The notes under the pieces are model-generated. The model ran no database searches. It was given only the letters and a program-made list of their open reading frames with translations, and had not been told where the DNA came from. DNA of 64,000 nucleotides, taken from Dehalococcoidia bacterium (GTDB taxonomy: Bacteria; Chloroflexota; Dehalococcoidia; SM23-28-2). Made by a program: the position numbers and the translations under genes. Location: assembly GCA_020356025.1 (NCBI GenBank), contig CP070630.1, positions 1,831,697-1,895,696 on the forward strand. Direction: 5' to 3'. Position 1 is the first letter of the stretch. The number at the start of each line of letters is the position of its first letter. This document shows positions 38,736 to 48,358 of this stretch, piece after piece.

Positions 38736-39932
38736 CTAGTCGTGCTCTAGAATCAGACAGGCGGTGTACTGGGCGACGGTGCTCCCCGTGCCGTGCACCA
38801 GAGCGGTCTTAAGCTTCCTCTTGATCAGCTCGTTCCTGGCCGACCAGGCGGACATGATGTTGCTGGCTCCAACGGCATGACCGCAATAGATGAGGCCCCC
38901 GCAGGGGTTCACCACGTACTTGCCCCCTGGTGTCATAAGCCCCTCCTCGATGAGAGCGTCGGCCCTGCCCAGGGGCACCAGCCCGAACTCGGCGCAGCTT
39001 ATCTCCAATTGGTGTACGAAGGCATCGTGAAGTTCAACCACCTCAATAGCCTTGGCCGGGTCCTTAATACCAGCCATCTCATAGGCCCGATGGGCGCCGT
39101 AGTGATCGGACATGATGCGGGACATCACTTTCTGGTTCCTACCAGCGAAAGAATGCTCATTGGCCTCTCCGACGCCGGTTATCCACACGACGGGCTTACC
39201 TGTGTTCCTGGCGATAGCCTTGGCGGTCTCCTCCTCGGCCAAGATGAGTGCGGCAGCGCCCTCGCTGTACACACAGATCTCCAGCTCCCTGAAGGGGTAT
39301 ACCACCAGCCTGGAGTTGAGGACCTCCTGTGGGGTCACCTGATCAAGCTGCCTCTGAGCGTAAGGGTTATTCCGCACGTTCTGACTAAGGAGAGAGGAAA
39401 CCTGGGCAGTCACCTCCGGCTTCAAGTCTCCCGGATGCTCATCCATGTAGGCCAGAACCACTTCGGCATAGCTATCTGACGCAGACCAGCCTATCTGCTG
39501 CTCAAAGAAGCTGTCGCCTGACCAGGCGATGGTCTTGATCACTTCAGGAGTGGACGACATTGACTGGAAATCATAACAGTCGGTGGCCTTCTCTACGCCC
39601 AGCACCAGAGCAATCTTGAACCGCCCCGCCGCTACATAAGCATGAGCTGCCGACATAGTGTAGGCGCCTGTGGCTCCACCGTTGGAGATACGAATGCCGA
39701 ACTTGTTCTGCATGCCGCAGATGCCTTGTAGGGGATGCTCCGGGATGCAAGCCCTCTCAAAGATATCGTTGTAGATGCCGTAGAAGACAGCATCTACCTC
39801 TCCGATGGATATGCCCGCATCCTTCACGGCCTCTCTGGTCGCCATCTGGGCCAGCTCGTAGTAAGTCTTCTCAAACCATTTCGCCCTAAAGGGGGTCACC
39901 GCGGCCCCCACGATACCAACGCGTCTCGTCAT
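38736..39932 (-). CDS. SCP2-type thiolase-fold protein lacking both catalytic cysteines
   Basis: 398 aa. Nucleophile position SNG[G]ATGA; HDCF-equivalent reads LHDAF; GHP-equivalent GHAVGASN retained; no CxG. Confidence 0.75.
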   Translation of the reverse strand: MTRRVGIVGAAVTPFRAKWFEKTYYELAQMATREAVKDAGISIGEVDAVFYGIYNDIFERACIPEHPLQGICGMQNKFGIRISNGGATGAYTMSAAHAYVAAGRFKIALVLGVEKATDCYDFQSMSSTPEVIKTIAWSGDSFFEQQIGWSASDSYAEVVLAYMDEHPGDLKPEVTAQVSSLLSQNVRNNPYAQRQLDQVTPQEVLNSRLVVYPFRELEICVYSEGAAALILAEEETAKAIARNTGKPVVWITGVGEANEHSFAGRNQKVMSRIMSDHYGAHRAYEMAGIKDPAKAIEVVELHDAFVHQLEISCAEFGLVPLGRADALIEEGLMTPGGKYVVNPCGGLIYCGHAVGASNIMSAWSARNELIKRKLKTALVHGTGSTVAQYTACLILEHD

Positions 39933-40018
39933 AGCTTCTGCCTCCGCTACTGGGCCTGCACCGCCACCACATCGAGGGCGCCAGTGAGGATCTGCATGGG
40001 GCCTGCCGTCAGCCAGGG

Positions 40019-40027
40019 ATTATAGCA
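40019..40027 (-). promoter_or_regulatory. extended -10 box TGCTATAAT (minus strand) for the 39932-35111 operon
   Basis: Complement of attatagca at 40019-40027 in the divergent intergenic region. Confidence 0.4.
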
Positions 40028-40143
40028 GACTTTCTTGCTCAAAAGAACTCAATCTCTGGGCTGACTGCCTTATCTGTATCGGACATCTGTGATATTCTTT
40101 CCCTGCTTGTCCAAAAACACGCGGAAAGGGAGGTGAGAACGAT

Positions 40144-41295
40144 ATGCCCAAACGAGTGGCCATCGTCGGCATTGGTCAGACCAAGCACGAAGAGTCGAAG
40201 GGCCACTACATGTACCACGAGACCGACTTCGAGGCAGCCAAGCGCGCCCTCGATGACGCCTCTCTGAGCCGGGGCGACCTCGATACAGTCATTGCCTCCG
40301 GCTGGGATGCCATCGATGGCCGCACCCTATCCGATATGCACACCTGCATGGCTATCGGTGGCTACCTCAAGGACTCTAGCCACGCAGGCGAGGATGGCAT
40401 CATGGCCCTGGTGTATGCCTACCTGCGCATCGCCTCGGGCCTATTCGATGTTGCCCTGGTGGCCGGCCACGGCCACCGCGAGGCCTCCATCGACGCGGTG
40501 ACCAGGGTCGTCTTCGACCCCCTGTTCACTCGCCCCGCTGGGCGTAACTACATCATCACCATGGCCATGCAGGCCAACTCCTACATGCACAAGCATGGTG
40601 TAAGCAAGGAGCAGGCCGCGAAGGTGGTGGTAAAGAACCGCGCCAACGGCGCGCGCAACCCCTACGCCCACCTGGATTCGCCCGTCACCCTGGAGGACGT
40701 GCTTGCTTCGGCGCCTGTGGCCTACCCCCTGAAGGCCCTGGACTGCCCGCCCGAGTCGGTGGGGGGCGTAGCCCTCATCCTGGCAGCTGAAGACGTGGTG
40801 AGGCGCATCACCGACAAGCCCGTCTGGATCCGGGGCATTGGCTGGGCTATCGAGAGCTACGAGATGGGGGACAAGGATCTGGCCGAGATCCCCTCCCTGG
40901 CTGCAGCGGCCCAGCGCGCCTACAAGATGGCCGGCATCAGACGCCCTCTGAACGAACTCGACCTGGCGGAGGTCCACGAGGCCACCTCCTTCCACGAGCT
41001 GATGGACTACGAGGCCCTGGGCTTCGCCAAACCCGGCCAGGGAGCAAAGCTGATCGACGAAGGAACGACCGAGATGGGCGGCAAGCTGCCGGTCAATCCT
41101 TCCGGCGGCTCTCTTTGCGCGAACCTGTTCGGCGCCTCCGGGCTGGTGCGCGCTGCCGAGGCCGCCCTCCAGCTGCGCGGCGACGCCCACGGTCGGCAGG
41201 TGGCGGGAGCCAGCCTGGCCCTGGCCCACGGCCTCAGCGCCCCTTCCGGCGCTGCTGCCCCCACCAACTGCGTGGCAATTCTGGAGCGGGGGTGA
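40144..41295 (+). CDS. thiolase-fold protein lacking catalytic Cys and His (subunit 1 of a pair)
   Basis: 383 aa. Nucleophile position HA[G]EDG; HDCF-equivalent VHEAT; GHP-equivalent reads ANLFGASG. Confidence 0.75.
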   Translation: MPKRVAIVGIGQTKHEESKGHYMYHETDFEAAKRALDDASLSRGDLDTVIASGWDAIDGRTLSDMHTCMAIGGYLKDSSHAGEDGIMALVYAYLRIASGLFDVALVAGHGHREASIDAVTRVVFDPLFTRPAGRNYIITMAMQANSYMHKHGVSKEQAAKVVVKNRANGARNPYAHLDSPVTLEDVLASAPVAYPLKALDCPPESVGGVALILAAEDVVRRITDKPVWIRGIGWAIESYEMGDKDLAEIPSLAAAAQRAYKMAGIRRPLNELDLAEVHEATSFHELMDYEALGFAKPGQGAKLIDEGTTEMGGKLPVNPSGGSLCANLFGASGLVRAAEAALQLRGDAHGRQVAGASLALAHGLSAPSGAAAPTNCVAILERG

Positions 41296-41298
41296 GTC

Positions 41299-42471
41299 AT
41301 GGCTAGAAGAGTAGCTATCGTTGGTGTCGGCCTGACCAAGTGCTCCAGCCACCGCCGCGACGTGACCTATCCGGAGCTCGTCCACGAGGCGGTGAGCGCA
41401 GCCCTGGCCGACGCTAACCTGAAGGCCAAGGATATCGATGCCGTCGTCTACGGCTCTATGGACCCCTTCGATGGCGTTTTCGCCCTCGAAAGGTGGAACG
41501 TGGACGCCTGCGTGGGCGCTGGCGCGGCGAATATGCCCTTCCTCAAGCTCACCACCGGCGGCACCACCGGCGGCTCAACAGCCCTCGGCGGCTACTACCA
41601 CGTGACCTCGGGGATGTTCGATGTGGTGTTGACGGTCGCCTCCCAGCGGGTAGGCGAGACCCTCGAGGCCCAACTCGTTCTCAACACCGCGATTGACCCC
41701 ATATACGAGCGCTGGATGGGCGGCGGTGCCATCACTGTCGTTGCTAACCAGGCCTCCAGTCACTTCCACTACTACGGCACCACTGAGGAAGACCTAGCAA
41801 TGGTAGCCGCCAAGAACTACGCCTGCGCCCTCAACAACCCCTACGCCCACCTTCAGCGCCACCTGACGGTGGAGGACGCCCTCAAGATGCGCATGCTCTC
41901 CTGGCCCCTCCGCCTGAGCGACTGCTGTCCCAGCTCCGACGGCGCTTGTGCCATCATCTTCGCCTCCGAGGAGCGGGCCGCCAAGATAACGAAGACGCCG
42001 GCTTGGGTACGGGGGAAGGGCCAGATCACTGACAACTACTACATCGGTGACCGCCCCTGGTTCCAGGACTGGGACGGCCTGACAATGCTGGCCCAGCGCG
42101 TCTACAAGGAGGCCAGGATCAACAATCCGTTGCAGGAGCTGGATGTGGCCGAGCTATACAACGCTTTCACCATCCAGGAGATCATCGAATGCGAGGCCCT
42201 GGGTTTCTGCGAGCCGGGCAAGGGTGCCGAGCTCGTCCGCAAGGGCGTGACCGACATGGGCGGCGAACTGCCTGTCTGCCCCTCAGGCGGAACGCTCTGC
42301 ACCAATCCCATTGGCGCTACCGGCCTCATCCGCATAGGCGAGGCCGCCTTACAGGTCATGGGAAAGGCTGATAAGCGACAGGTGCCCAATGTCAAGACCG
42401 CCCTGGGCCACGTCTGGGGTGCCGCCATCGGCTTCCATGTCCTGATGATCCTCGACAAGGAAAAGCCGTAA
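41299..42471 (+). CDS. thiolase-fold protein lacking catalytic Cys and His (subunit 2 of a pair)
   Basis: 390 aa. Nucleophile position TTG[G]TTGGS; HDCF-equivalent LYNAF; GHP-equivalent TNPIGATG; 3-nt gap to the upstream paralog. Confidence 0.75.
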   Translation: MARRVAIVGVGLTKCSSHRRDVTYPELVHEAVSAALADANLKAKDIDAVVYGSMDPFDGVFALERWNVDACVGAGAANMPFLKLTTGGTTGGSTALGGYYHVTSGMFDVVLTVASQRVGETLEAQLVLNTAIDPIYERWMGGGAITVVANQASSHFHYYGTTEEDLAMVAAKNYACALNNPYAHLQRHLTVEDALKMRMLSWPLRLSDCCPSSDGACAIIFASEERAAKITKTPAWVRGKGQITDNYYIGDRPWFQDWDGLTMLAQRVYKEARINNPLQELDVAELYNAFTIQEIIECEALGFCEPGKGAELVRKGVTDMGGELPVCPSGGTLCTNPIGATGLIRIGEAALQVMGKADKRQVPNVKTALGHVWGAAIGFHVLMILDKEKP

Positions 42472-42488
42472 AAACGGAGGACGACGCC

Positions 42489-42974
42489 ATGACACAGGAA
42501 GAGGAAATTCTGATAATGCCGGGGGCCTGGAACCTGCCCTTCCGTCATACGGCGGGGAGGTTTGCCAGCCGATTCTTCCGGGAACTAAGAGACAACAAGA
42601 AGATCTTCGGCGTGCGCTGCCCTGAGTGTCGGCGGGTCCTCCTGCCCCCTCGCCCCTTCTGCGAGAGGTGCTTCGCCTCCATCGACGAGTGGGTAGAGGT
42701 GGGAAACCAGGGCACCTTGGAGCTCTTCACCATCTGCTACGTCCCGTTTCTGGGCCTGCCGCCGCCGCCTATCGCCACCATCATGGTCAAGCTGGACGGC
42801 GCCGACGGCTGCCTGAGCCATATTCTGGGCGGCATTGACCTCAGCGACGTGGACAAGGCCCCAGAGCTGGTGAAGATCGGCATGCGGGTCGAGGCCGTCT
42901 GGCGCGACGAGCGCAAGGGAGAGATCGGCGACATCGAGTACTTCCGGCCGGTGAAGAGCAGCCGCCGCGCCTAG
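42489..42974 (+). CDS. DUF35 OB-fold/zinc-ribbon protein (thiolase-partner family)
   Basis: CPECRRVLLPPRPFCERC ribbon followed by an OB fold (GTLELFTICYV...VEAVWRDERKGEIGDIEYFRPV). Confidence 0.85.
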   Translation: MTQEEEILIMPGAWNLPFRHTAGRFASRFFRELRDNKKIFGVRCPECRRVLLPPRPFCERCFASIDEWVEVGNQGTLELFTICYVPFLGLPPPPIATIMVKLDGADGCLSHILGGIDLSDVDKAPELVKIGMRVEAVWRDERKGEIGDIEYFRPVKSSRRA

Positions 42975-43079
42975 CGGCAGGCCATCACTCGCGCTTGACG
43001 AAGACGGGCCCTGCCCTTGCGGCGTCAGCCCAGGGGAAGGTAGCGTATTCCTCGTGGGGCTGGTGCTGCTGCTCTCCCC

Positions 43080-45080
43080 TTAGCTGCTTGCCTCTTGCAG
43101 GCTCCGGGCCAGGTCGATGAAGAAGTGGATCGAGCGCGGGTTGCTTATGGCATCCGGGCTGACCGCTTTTTCTGGCGGAGTCCCGGTCAATATCCGCTTG
43201 ACTGGCACCTCGAGCTTCTTCTGGTTGAGCGTGCGAGGGATGTCGGAAACGGCATACACCTCATCTGGCACGTATCGAGGGGAGATCTCCTGGCGAAGCT
43301 TCTGCTTGATTCGAGCCTCAAGCCCCTCGTCCAGGCTGGCTCCACTGGCCGGCACCACAAAGAGCAGCAGACGGCCTTCGCTCCCCAGTTGACCCGTGTC
43401 CACGACTAGGCTGTCCAGAACCTCGGGGAGATCTTCCACCACCCGGTAGAACTCGCTGCTGCCCATCCGGATACCGGCCCGGTTCAGGGTGGAATCCGAA
43501 CGCCCGTAGATCACGCAGCTACCCCGCCGAGTGATCTTGATCCAGTCGCCGTGACGCCACACCCCCGGAAACATGTCGAAGTAGCTCTCCCGGTAGCGCT
43601 GGTCATCTGGATCGTTCCAGAAGAAGAGGGGCATACAGGGTAGCGGCTCTGTGACCACCAGCTCCCCCACTTCCTCCACTACGGGATGCCCCTGTTCATC
43701 GTACGCCTCCACGCGGGCGCCCAGACCACGACACTGGATCTCGCCGGCGTGCACCGGCAGAGTCGGACAGGACAGCACGAACGCCGTGCACATGTCCGTC
43801 CCACCGCTCACCGAACCCAGCACCAGGTCCTCCTTGACTTTGTCATAGACCCACCCGAAGCCTTCCGGCGTAAGCGGCGCGCCCGTGGATCCCACTGCCC
43901 GCAGGCTGCTCAGATTGAGCTCCCGCCCGGGCTCAATACCGTCCCTCATGCACGCCAGGATGTACGGAGCGCTAGTACCGAAATAGGTCATCCTTGCCTC
44001 TTCGGCAAACTGCCACAGGGCCCGCATATCGGGATAGCCAGGGCTTCCGTCATACAACAAGATCGTCGTGCCCAGCAGCAGCCCGCTTATCAGGAAATTC
44101 CACATCATCCAGCCGGTGGTGGTGAACCAGAAGAATCGGTCATCGGAGGTCAGGTCAAGATGCAAAGAGAGCGCCTTCAGGTGTTCCAGAAGAATCCCGC
44201 CGTGCCCCTGAACGATGGCCTTAGGAACCCCCGTGGTGCCCGACGAGTACAGCACCCACAGCGGATGATCGAAGGGCACCGGCTCGAACGATAGCTCGCC
44301 CGTTTCGCCGAACAGCTCGCCCCACACCTTAACGTTGCCCAGACCCTCCGTCGCCGGCCGCTCGTCGAGACAGGGAACCAGTACAGTGGCCTCCAGCGTA
44401 GGGAGATGGCGCTGTATCTCCGCGACCGCAGTCAGGCGTTCGTAGGGCTTGCCATTGTAGTGGTAGCCGTCCACAGCAAACAGCACCTTCGGCTCGATCA
44501 GCTGGAAGCGATCTACCACCGCACGGATGCCGAAGTCCGGCGAGCAACTGGACCAGATCGCCCCGATGCTGGCGGCGGCTAGAAAGGCCACCAAGCTCTG
44601 AGGGATGTTGGGCATATAGGCCACCACCCGGTCGCCTCGCCCAACGCCGAGTCGTCTCAGCCCCGCCGCCACCGCCGCGACCTGCCGATACAGATCGGCA
44701 TAGGTTAGCGTGCTCAGCGGCCGCGTCTCCGACTTGAACACTACCGCCGGCTGATCGTCCCGCCGCTGCAAAGCGTGCTCCGCATAGTTCAGCTCGGCAC
44801 CCGCAAACCACTGCGCTCCCGGCATGCGCCGCTCGGCCAGCACCTGCGCGTAGGGCCGGTGGGCCTTCACCCCAAAGAAATCCCAGAGAGAAGCCCAGAA
44901 GCTCTCGAGGTCGGTCACCGACCACGTCCATAGGTCATCGTAGGAGCCAAAGTCCAGCCCCTTCTGCTCCTTCAGCCAGCGCAGGTACCGCGTGATATTG
45001 GCCTGCGCTTTTTGCTCCTCCGAGGGCTGCCAGAGAACAGTGCCCTCGGAGACCGGCTCAGCCGACACGTCGCGATCCAT
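43080..45080 (-). CDS. acetoacetate--CoA ligase-like AMP-forming synthetase
   Basis: N-terminal pattern LWQPSEEQKAQANITRYLRWLKEQKGLDFGSYDDLWTWSVTDLESFW is typical of acetoacetyl-CoA synthetases; AMP motif YSSGTTGVPKA. Start trimmed to ATG 45080 (SD ggaggag 7 nt upstream). Confidence 0.85.
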   Translation of the reverse strand: MDRDVSAEPVSEGTVLWQPSEEQKAQANITRYLRWLKEQKGLDFGSYDDLWTWSVTDLESFWASLWDFFGVKAHRPYAQVLAERRMPGAQWFAGAELNYAEHALQRRDDQPAVVFKSETRPLSTLTYADLYRQVAAVAAGLRRLGVGRGDRVVAYMPNIPQSLVAFLAAASIGAIWSSCSPDFGIRAVVDRFQLIEPKVLFAVDGYHYNGKPYERLTAVAEIQRHLPTLEATVLVPCLDERPATEGLGNVKVWGELFGETGELSFEPVPFDHPLWVLYSSGTTGVPKAIVQGHGGILLEHLKALSLHLDLTSDDRFFWFTTTGWMMWNFLISGLLLGTTILLYDGSPGYPDMRALWQFAEEARMTYFGTSAPYILACMRDGIEPGRELNLSSLRAVGSTGAPLTPEGFGWVYDKVKEDLVLGSVSGGTDMCTAFVLSCPTLPVHAGEIQCRGLGARVEAYDEQGHPVVEEVGELVVTEPLPCMPLFFWNDPDDQRYRESYFDMFPGVWRHGDWIKITRRGSCVIYGRSDSTLNRAGIRMGSSEFYRVVEDLPEVLDSLVVDTGQLGSEGRLLLFVVPASGASLDEGLEARIKQKLRQEISPRYVPDEVYAVSDIPRTLNQKKLEVPVKRILTGTPPEKAVSPDAISNPRSIHFFIDLARSLQEASS

Positions 45081-45361
45081 CACCACTCCTCCTTCGGGCA
45101 CCCTTTGAGCGGCGCCGATTTCTCGCCCCTATTATAGCTGCCGCTGGCAATAGACCCTAGCCGTTGGCAAGACGCCTCACAGCCTCCCGGGTTCCAAGAC
45201 CTCATCCACATGTGGAGGGTTGACATGCTATGGTATCTGGAGCAGCCTTGAAGCACCATATCGTCATGGAGACCCAGCTCCACGAGTACGACTAGATGGC
45301 TGCTTGACCCGCGAAGAACCAGAGGTAGTTCTGGCAGCCCCCAGGAGAAAGGAGCTAGGCA

Positions 45362-45997
45362 ATGCTAACCGAACATCGCGGCTTTCAACCCACGGTGGAT
45401 CCATCTGCATTGGTGGCACCAACCGCTGTTCTTGTGGGAAGGGTTCATGTTGGTCCAAGGTCACGAATAATGTATGGAGCCATATTGGATTCAGAAGGCT
45501 CAAGAGTCGAAGTTGGGGAATGCACAATAATCTGTGAAAACGCAGTTCTCAGGGCAACTGCATCTGGAGATGTCGAGTATCCCGTGGTGATAGGCGATCA
45601 TGTTTTCATTGCACCTCACGCAACCCTTCTAGGCTGCACAGTAGAGCCCTGTTCTTATATAGCAGCTGGTGCAACTGTCCTGCAGGGGGCAACAATTCAT
45701 TCCGGCGCCGCTATAGCTGTTGGAGCCCTCGTTCATGCCAAGACAGTAGTCCCATCCGAGTTCTTTGTTCCTCCAAACACCATTGCAGTCGGTGATCCCA
45801 TCAAGCTCTATAGCCCAGACGAGAAAGAAGCTCTGGCCAATGCCATAGAATCTGTTGGGTTCGCCAAGATCGCATTTGGCGTCGAGGTTCAATGGGGAAA
45901 ACGCATTTCGAGATATGAACAGGCTACAGAGGCCAGATCAAAGGAATTTGAAAACCATTTCGGTGACGTTGTTTTGGGATGCAACGGCGCTGCCTAA
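45362..45997 (+). CDS. left-handed beta-helix (hexapeptide-repeat) protein, gamma-carbonic-anhydrase-like but lacking the His ligands
   Basis: Hexapeptide periodicity throughout. At the positions of two of the three gamma-CA Zn histidines the sequence reads NAVLRA and HATLLGC. Composition visibly less GC-rich than its neighbours. Confidence 0.7.
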   Translation: MLTEHRGFQPTVDPSALVAPTAVLVGRVHVGPRSRIMYGAILDSEGSRVEVGECTIICENAVLRATASGDVEYPVVIGDHVFIAPHATLLGCTVEPCSYIAAGATVLQGATIHSGAAIAVGALVHAKTVVPSEFFVPPNTIAVGDPIKLYSPDEKEALANAIESVGFAKIAFGVEVQWGKRISRYEQATEARSKEFENHFGDVVLGCNGAA

Positions 45998-46027
45998 CCA
46001 CTCGCTACACAAGAAGGGAGTGCAGAC

Positions 46028-46873
46028 GTGGGAAACGAAAGGAATACTCCTGCCAGCGAACCGCCTGACATGGGCTCCTACGCACAACGGCTGGCTGTAT
46101 CCAATCCCCTGAGCGAGCTGATCGTTCCGTCGGCCATCCAGGCACTGCAACTCCCTCCGGGAAGCCGAGGACTGGATGCAGGATGCGGAATCGGCCTCCA
46201 GGCCTTGTCGTTGGCAGAAGCCGTAGGGCCGGCTGGGCATGTCACCGGCCTTGATTTGTCGCCCCAGTTCTTGGTTCACGCAAGGGAAACCGCAGAGAAG
46301 GCCGGCCTGTCGGAGCGAATCTCCTTCCAGCAAGGAGACGTCAGCAGGCTCCCCTTCGACGACGGCACCTTCGACTGGGTATGGAGTGCGAACTGCGTAG
46401 GGTATGCTCCTGCAGAGCCTCTGCCATTGCTGAGGGAGCTTACGCGGGTGACAAAGCCAGGCGGCAGCGTGGCCATCCTTGCCTGGTCTTCCCAACAGTT
46501 GCTTACGGGATATCCCCTGCTGGAGGCCCGGCTCAATGCGACCTCTTCCGGGATTGCCCCTTTTGTCAAGGGGAAGAAACCGGAGTCGCACTTCTTGCGC
46601 GCGCTGAGTTGGTTTCGAGAAGTGGGCTTAGAGGCACCGACGGCCCAAACCTTTGTAGGCGACGCTCATGCCCCGCCAAGCAATGATATGCGCAGCGCCT
46701 TGATAGCACTCCTTGAGATGCGCTGGCCTGGGGTGCAGTCAGAGCTGACACCGGAGGACTGGGCGGAATTTCAGCGGCTCTGTCAACCAGAGTCACCGAA
46801 TTTCATTCTGGATCTTCCCGACTACTACGCCTTTTTCACCTATTCGATGTTCCGTGGCAACGTCGCCAAATGA
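46028..46873 (+). CDS. class I SAM-dependent methyltransferase
   Basis: Motif I GLDAGCGIGLQALSLAE; GTG start after aagggag; same lower-GC patch. Confidence 0.75.
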   Translation: MGNERNTPASEPPDMGSYAQRLAVSNPLSELIVPSAIQALQLPPGSRGLDAGCGIGLQALSLAEAVGPAGHVTGLDLSPQFLVHARETAEKAGLSERISFQQGDVSRLPFDDGTFDWVWSANCVGYAPAEPLPLLRELTRVTKPGGSVAILAWSSQQLLTGYPLLEARLNATSSGIAPFVKGKKPESHFLRALSWFREVGLEAPTAQTFVGDAHAPPSNDMRSALIALLEMRWPGVQSELTPEDWAEFQRLCQPESPNFILDLPDYYAFFTYSMFRGNVAK

Positions 46874-46903
46874 ACCCTTCGACTGGTAGCCAGACCAGCC
46901 CCC

Positions 46904-47575
46904 TTACAGCAGCGTCATCTCCTGGACATCGGGCGGCACAATGATCTTGGCGTCCGTCAGTGCCTGCACCTCCTCGGCCGTCCAGCCGGGCACCAGCTCT
47001 CGCAGCACCAGCCCCTCGGGCGTCACATCCAGCACGGCGATATCGGTGATGATCTGGTCCACGCATCGTGGTGCCGTGAGCGGCTGCGTACACTCCTTCA
47101 CGACCTTGGCCTCGCCCTCCTTTGTGCTAAACGTGGTCAGAGCAATGACCTTCTTGGCGCAGAAAGCCAGATCCTGTCCTCCCCCCAGGCTTCCGATCTG
47201 CTTGCCCGGGATGATGTAGTTGGCCAGGTCGCCCTTCTCCGATACCTGCACCACGCCTAGGACAGTGATATCCACGTGACCGCCACGAATGATGCACAGG
47301 CTCTCGCCGTGATCCGTGATCGCCATGCCGGGTTTGCTGGATACCGGCTGCGCGCCGGCGTTGATCAGATTCTCATCGGCATCGTCGGGGTTGTCGATGA
47401 TCGGCCCGAACCCGATGACCCCGTTCTCCGAGTGGAAGATGACCTCTCGCTCGGGCGGCACGAAGTTGCTGCAGTAGGTGGGTATTCCGACCCCAAGGTT
47501 GATTACCATCCCGTCCTGGAACTCTTTGGCCGCTCGGATGGCCATGGTCTGCTCGTCTAGTCTCTCACCTGCCAT
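46904..47575 (-). CDS. 3-oxoacid CoA-transferase subunit B
   Basis: Catalytic SENG motif (FHSENGVIGFGP), 223 aa. Confidence 0.9.
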   Translation of the reverse strand: MAGERLDEQTMAIRAAKEFQDGMVINLGVGIPTYCSNFVPPEREVIFHSENGVIGFGPIIDNPDDADENLINAGAQPVSSKPGMAITDHGESLCIIRGGHVDITVLGVVQVSEKGDLANYIIPGKQIGSLGGGQDLAFCAKKVIALTTFSTKEGEAKVVKECTQPLTAPRCVDQIITDIAVLDVTPEGLVLRELVPGWTAEEVQALTDAKIIVPPDVQEMTLL

Positions 47576-47596
47576 GATTCTGCCTCCCTCTGTTCC

Positions 47597-48358
47597 TTAC
47601 ATGGCCTCATCCCAGGGCCTGGGTTCCTTGGGCCGCACCACCACTCGCTGCACGTACACGCCCGGCGTCACGATGCACTCCGGGTCCAGCTCGCCCAGTT
47701 CCACCACCTCGTCCACTTCGGCCACAGTGACGGTAGAAGCACCGGCCATGACGGGGTTAAACGTGCGACCTGTCCCCCGATACACCAGGTTCCCGTACCT
47801 ATCGGCCTTGTGAGCGCGGATGAGCGAGAAGTCGCCCTTGATGGCGTGCTCCAGAAGGTGCTTACGGCCGTTGAACTCCCGCACCTCCTTGCCCTCCTCC
47901 ACAACCGTGCCCACGCCCACGGGGGTGTAGAAGGCGGCGATGCCTCCCCTGCCCGCTCGCATCCTCTCGCACAGCGTCCCCTGGCCCATAAGCTCCAGCT
48001 CGACCTGACCCTGCAGCACCCCTTGCTCGAAGGGAGTGAGAACGCGGGCTGGAGCCGCAGGGAAGCACAGGATGCCCTTCTTCACCTGCCCCCGCTGGAC
48101 CAGCAGGCCGGGGTCGTACCAGTCTTCGGCGATCTCCAGGATGACCGCCATCCGCTCGCGCAAGATCGCCAGCAGGTTCACCCCCCAACCGCCGGTGTTG
48201 CCGACGATGGTCAGGTCCTTGACCTCTTTTCGGGCCACGGCGGCGATCAAGTAGCTGGGACACTCCGCCGGCCCGCCGAAGCCACCGATCATAACAGTGG
48301 CCCCGTCGACCATATCGGCCACGGCCTCATCGAAGCTCTCCAAGATCTTGTTTATCAT
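47597..48358 (-). CDS. 3-oxoacid CoA-transferase subunit A
   Basis: EAVADMVDGATVMIGGFGGPAECP N-terminal pattern; directly upstream of the B subunit. Confidence 0.9.
   Translation of the reverse strand: MINKILESFDEAVADMVDGATVMIGGFGGPAECPSYLIAAVARKEVKDLTIVGNTGGWGVNLLAILRERMAVILEIAEDWYDPGLLVQRGQVKKGILCFPAAPARVLTPFEQGVLQGQVELELMGQGTLCERMRAGRGGIAAFYTPVGVGTVVEEGKEVREFNGRKHLLEHAIKGDFSLIRAHKADRYGNLVYRGTGRTFNPVMAGASTVTVAEVDEVVELGELDPECIVTPGVYVQRVVVRPKEPRPWDEAM

Noticed and set aside
45362-45997. Functional gamma-class carbonic anhydrase
   Set aside because: Two of the three expected Zn-ligand histidine positions are Arg and Leu in my by-eye alignment. I therefore call it only an LbH protein.
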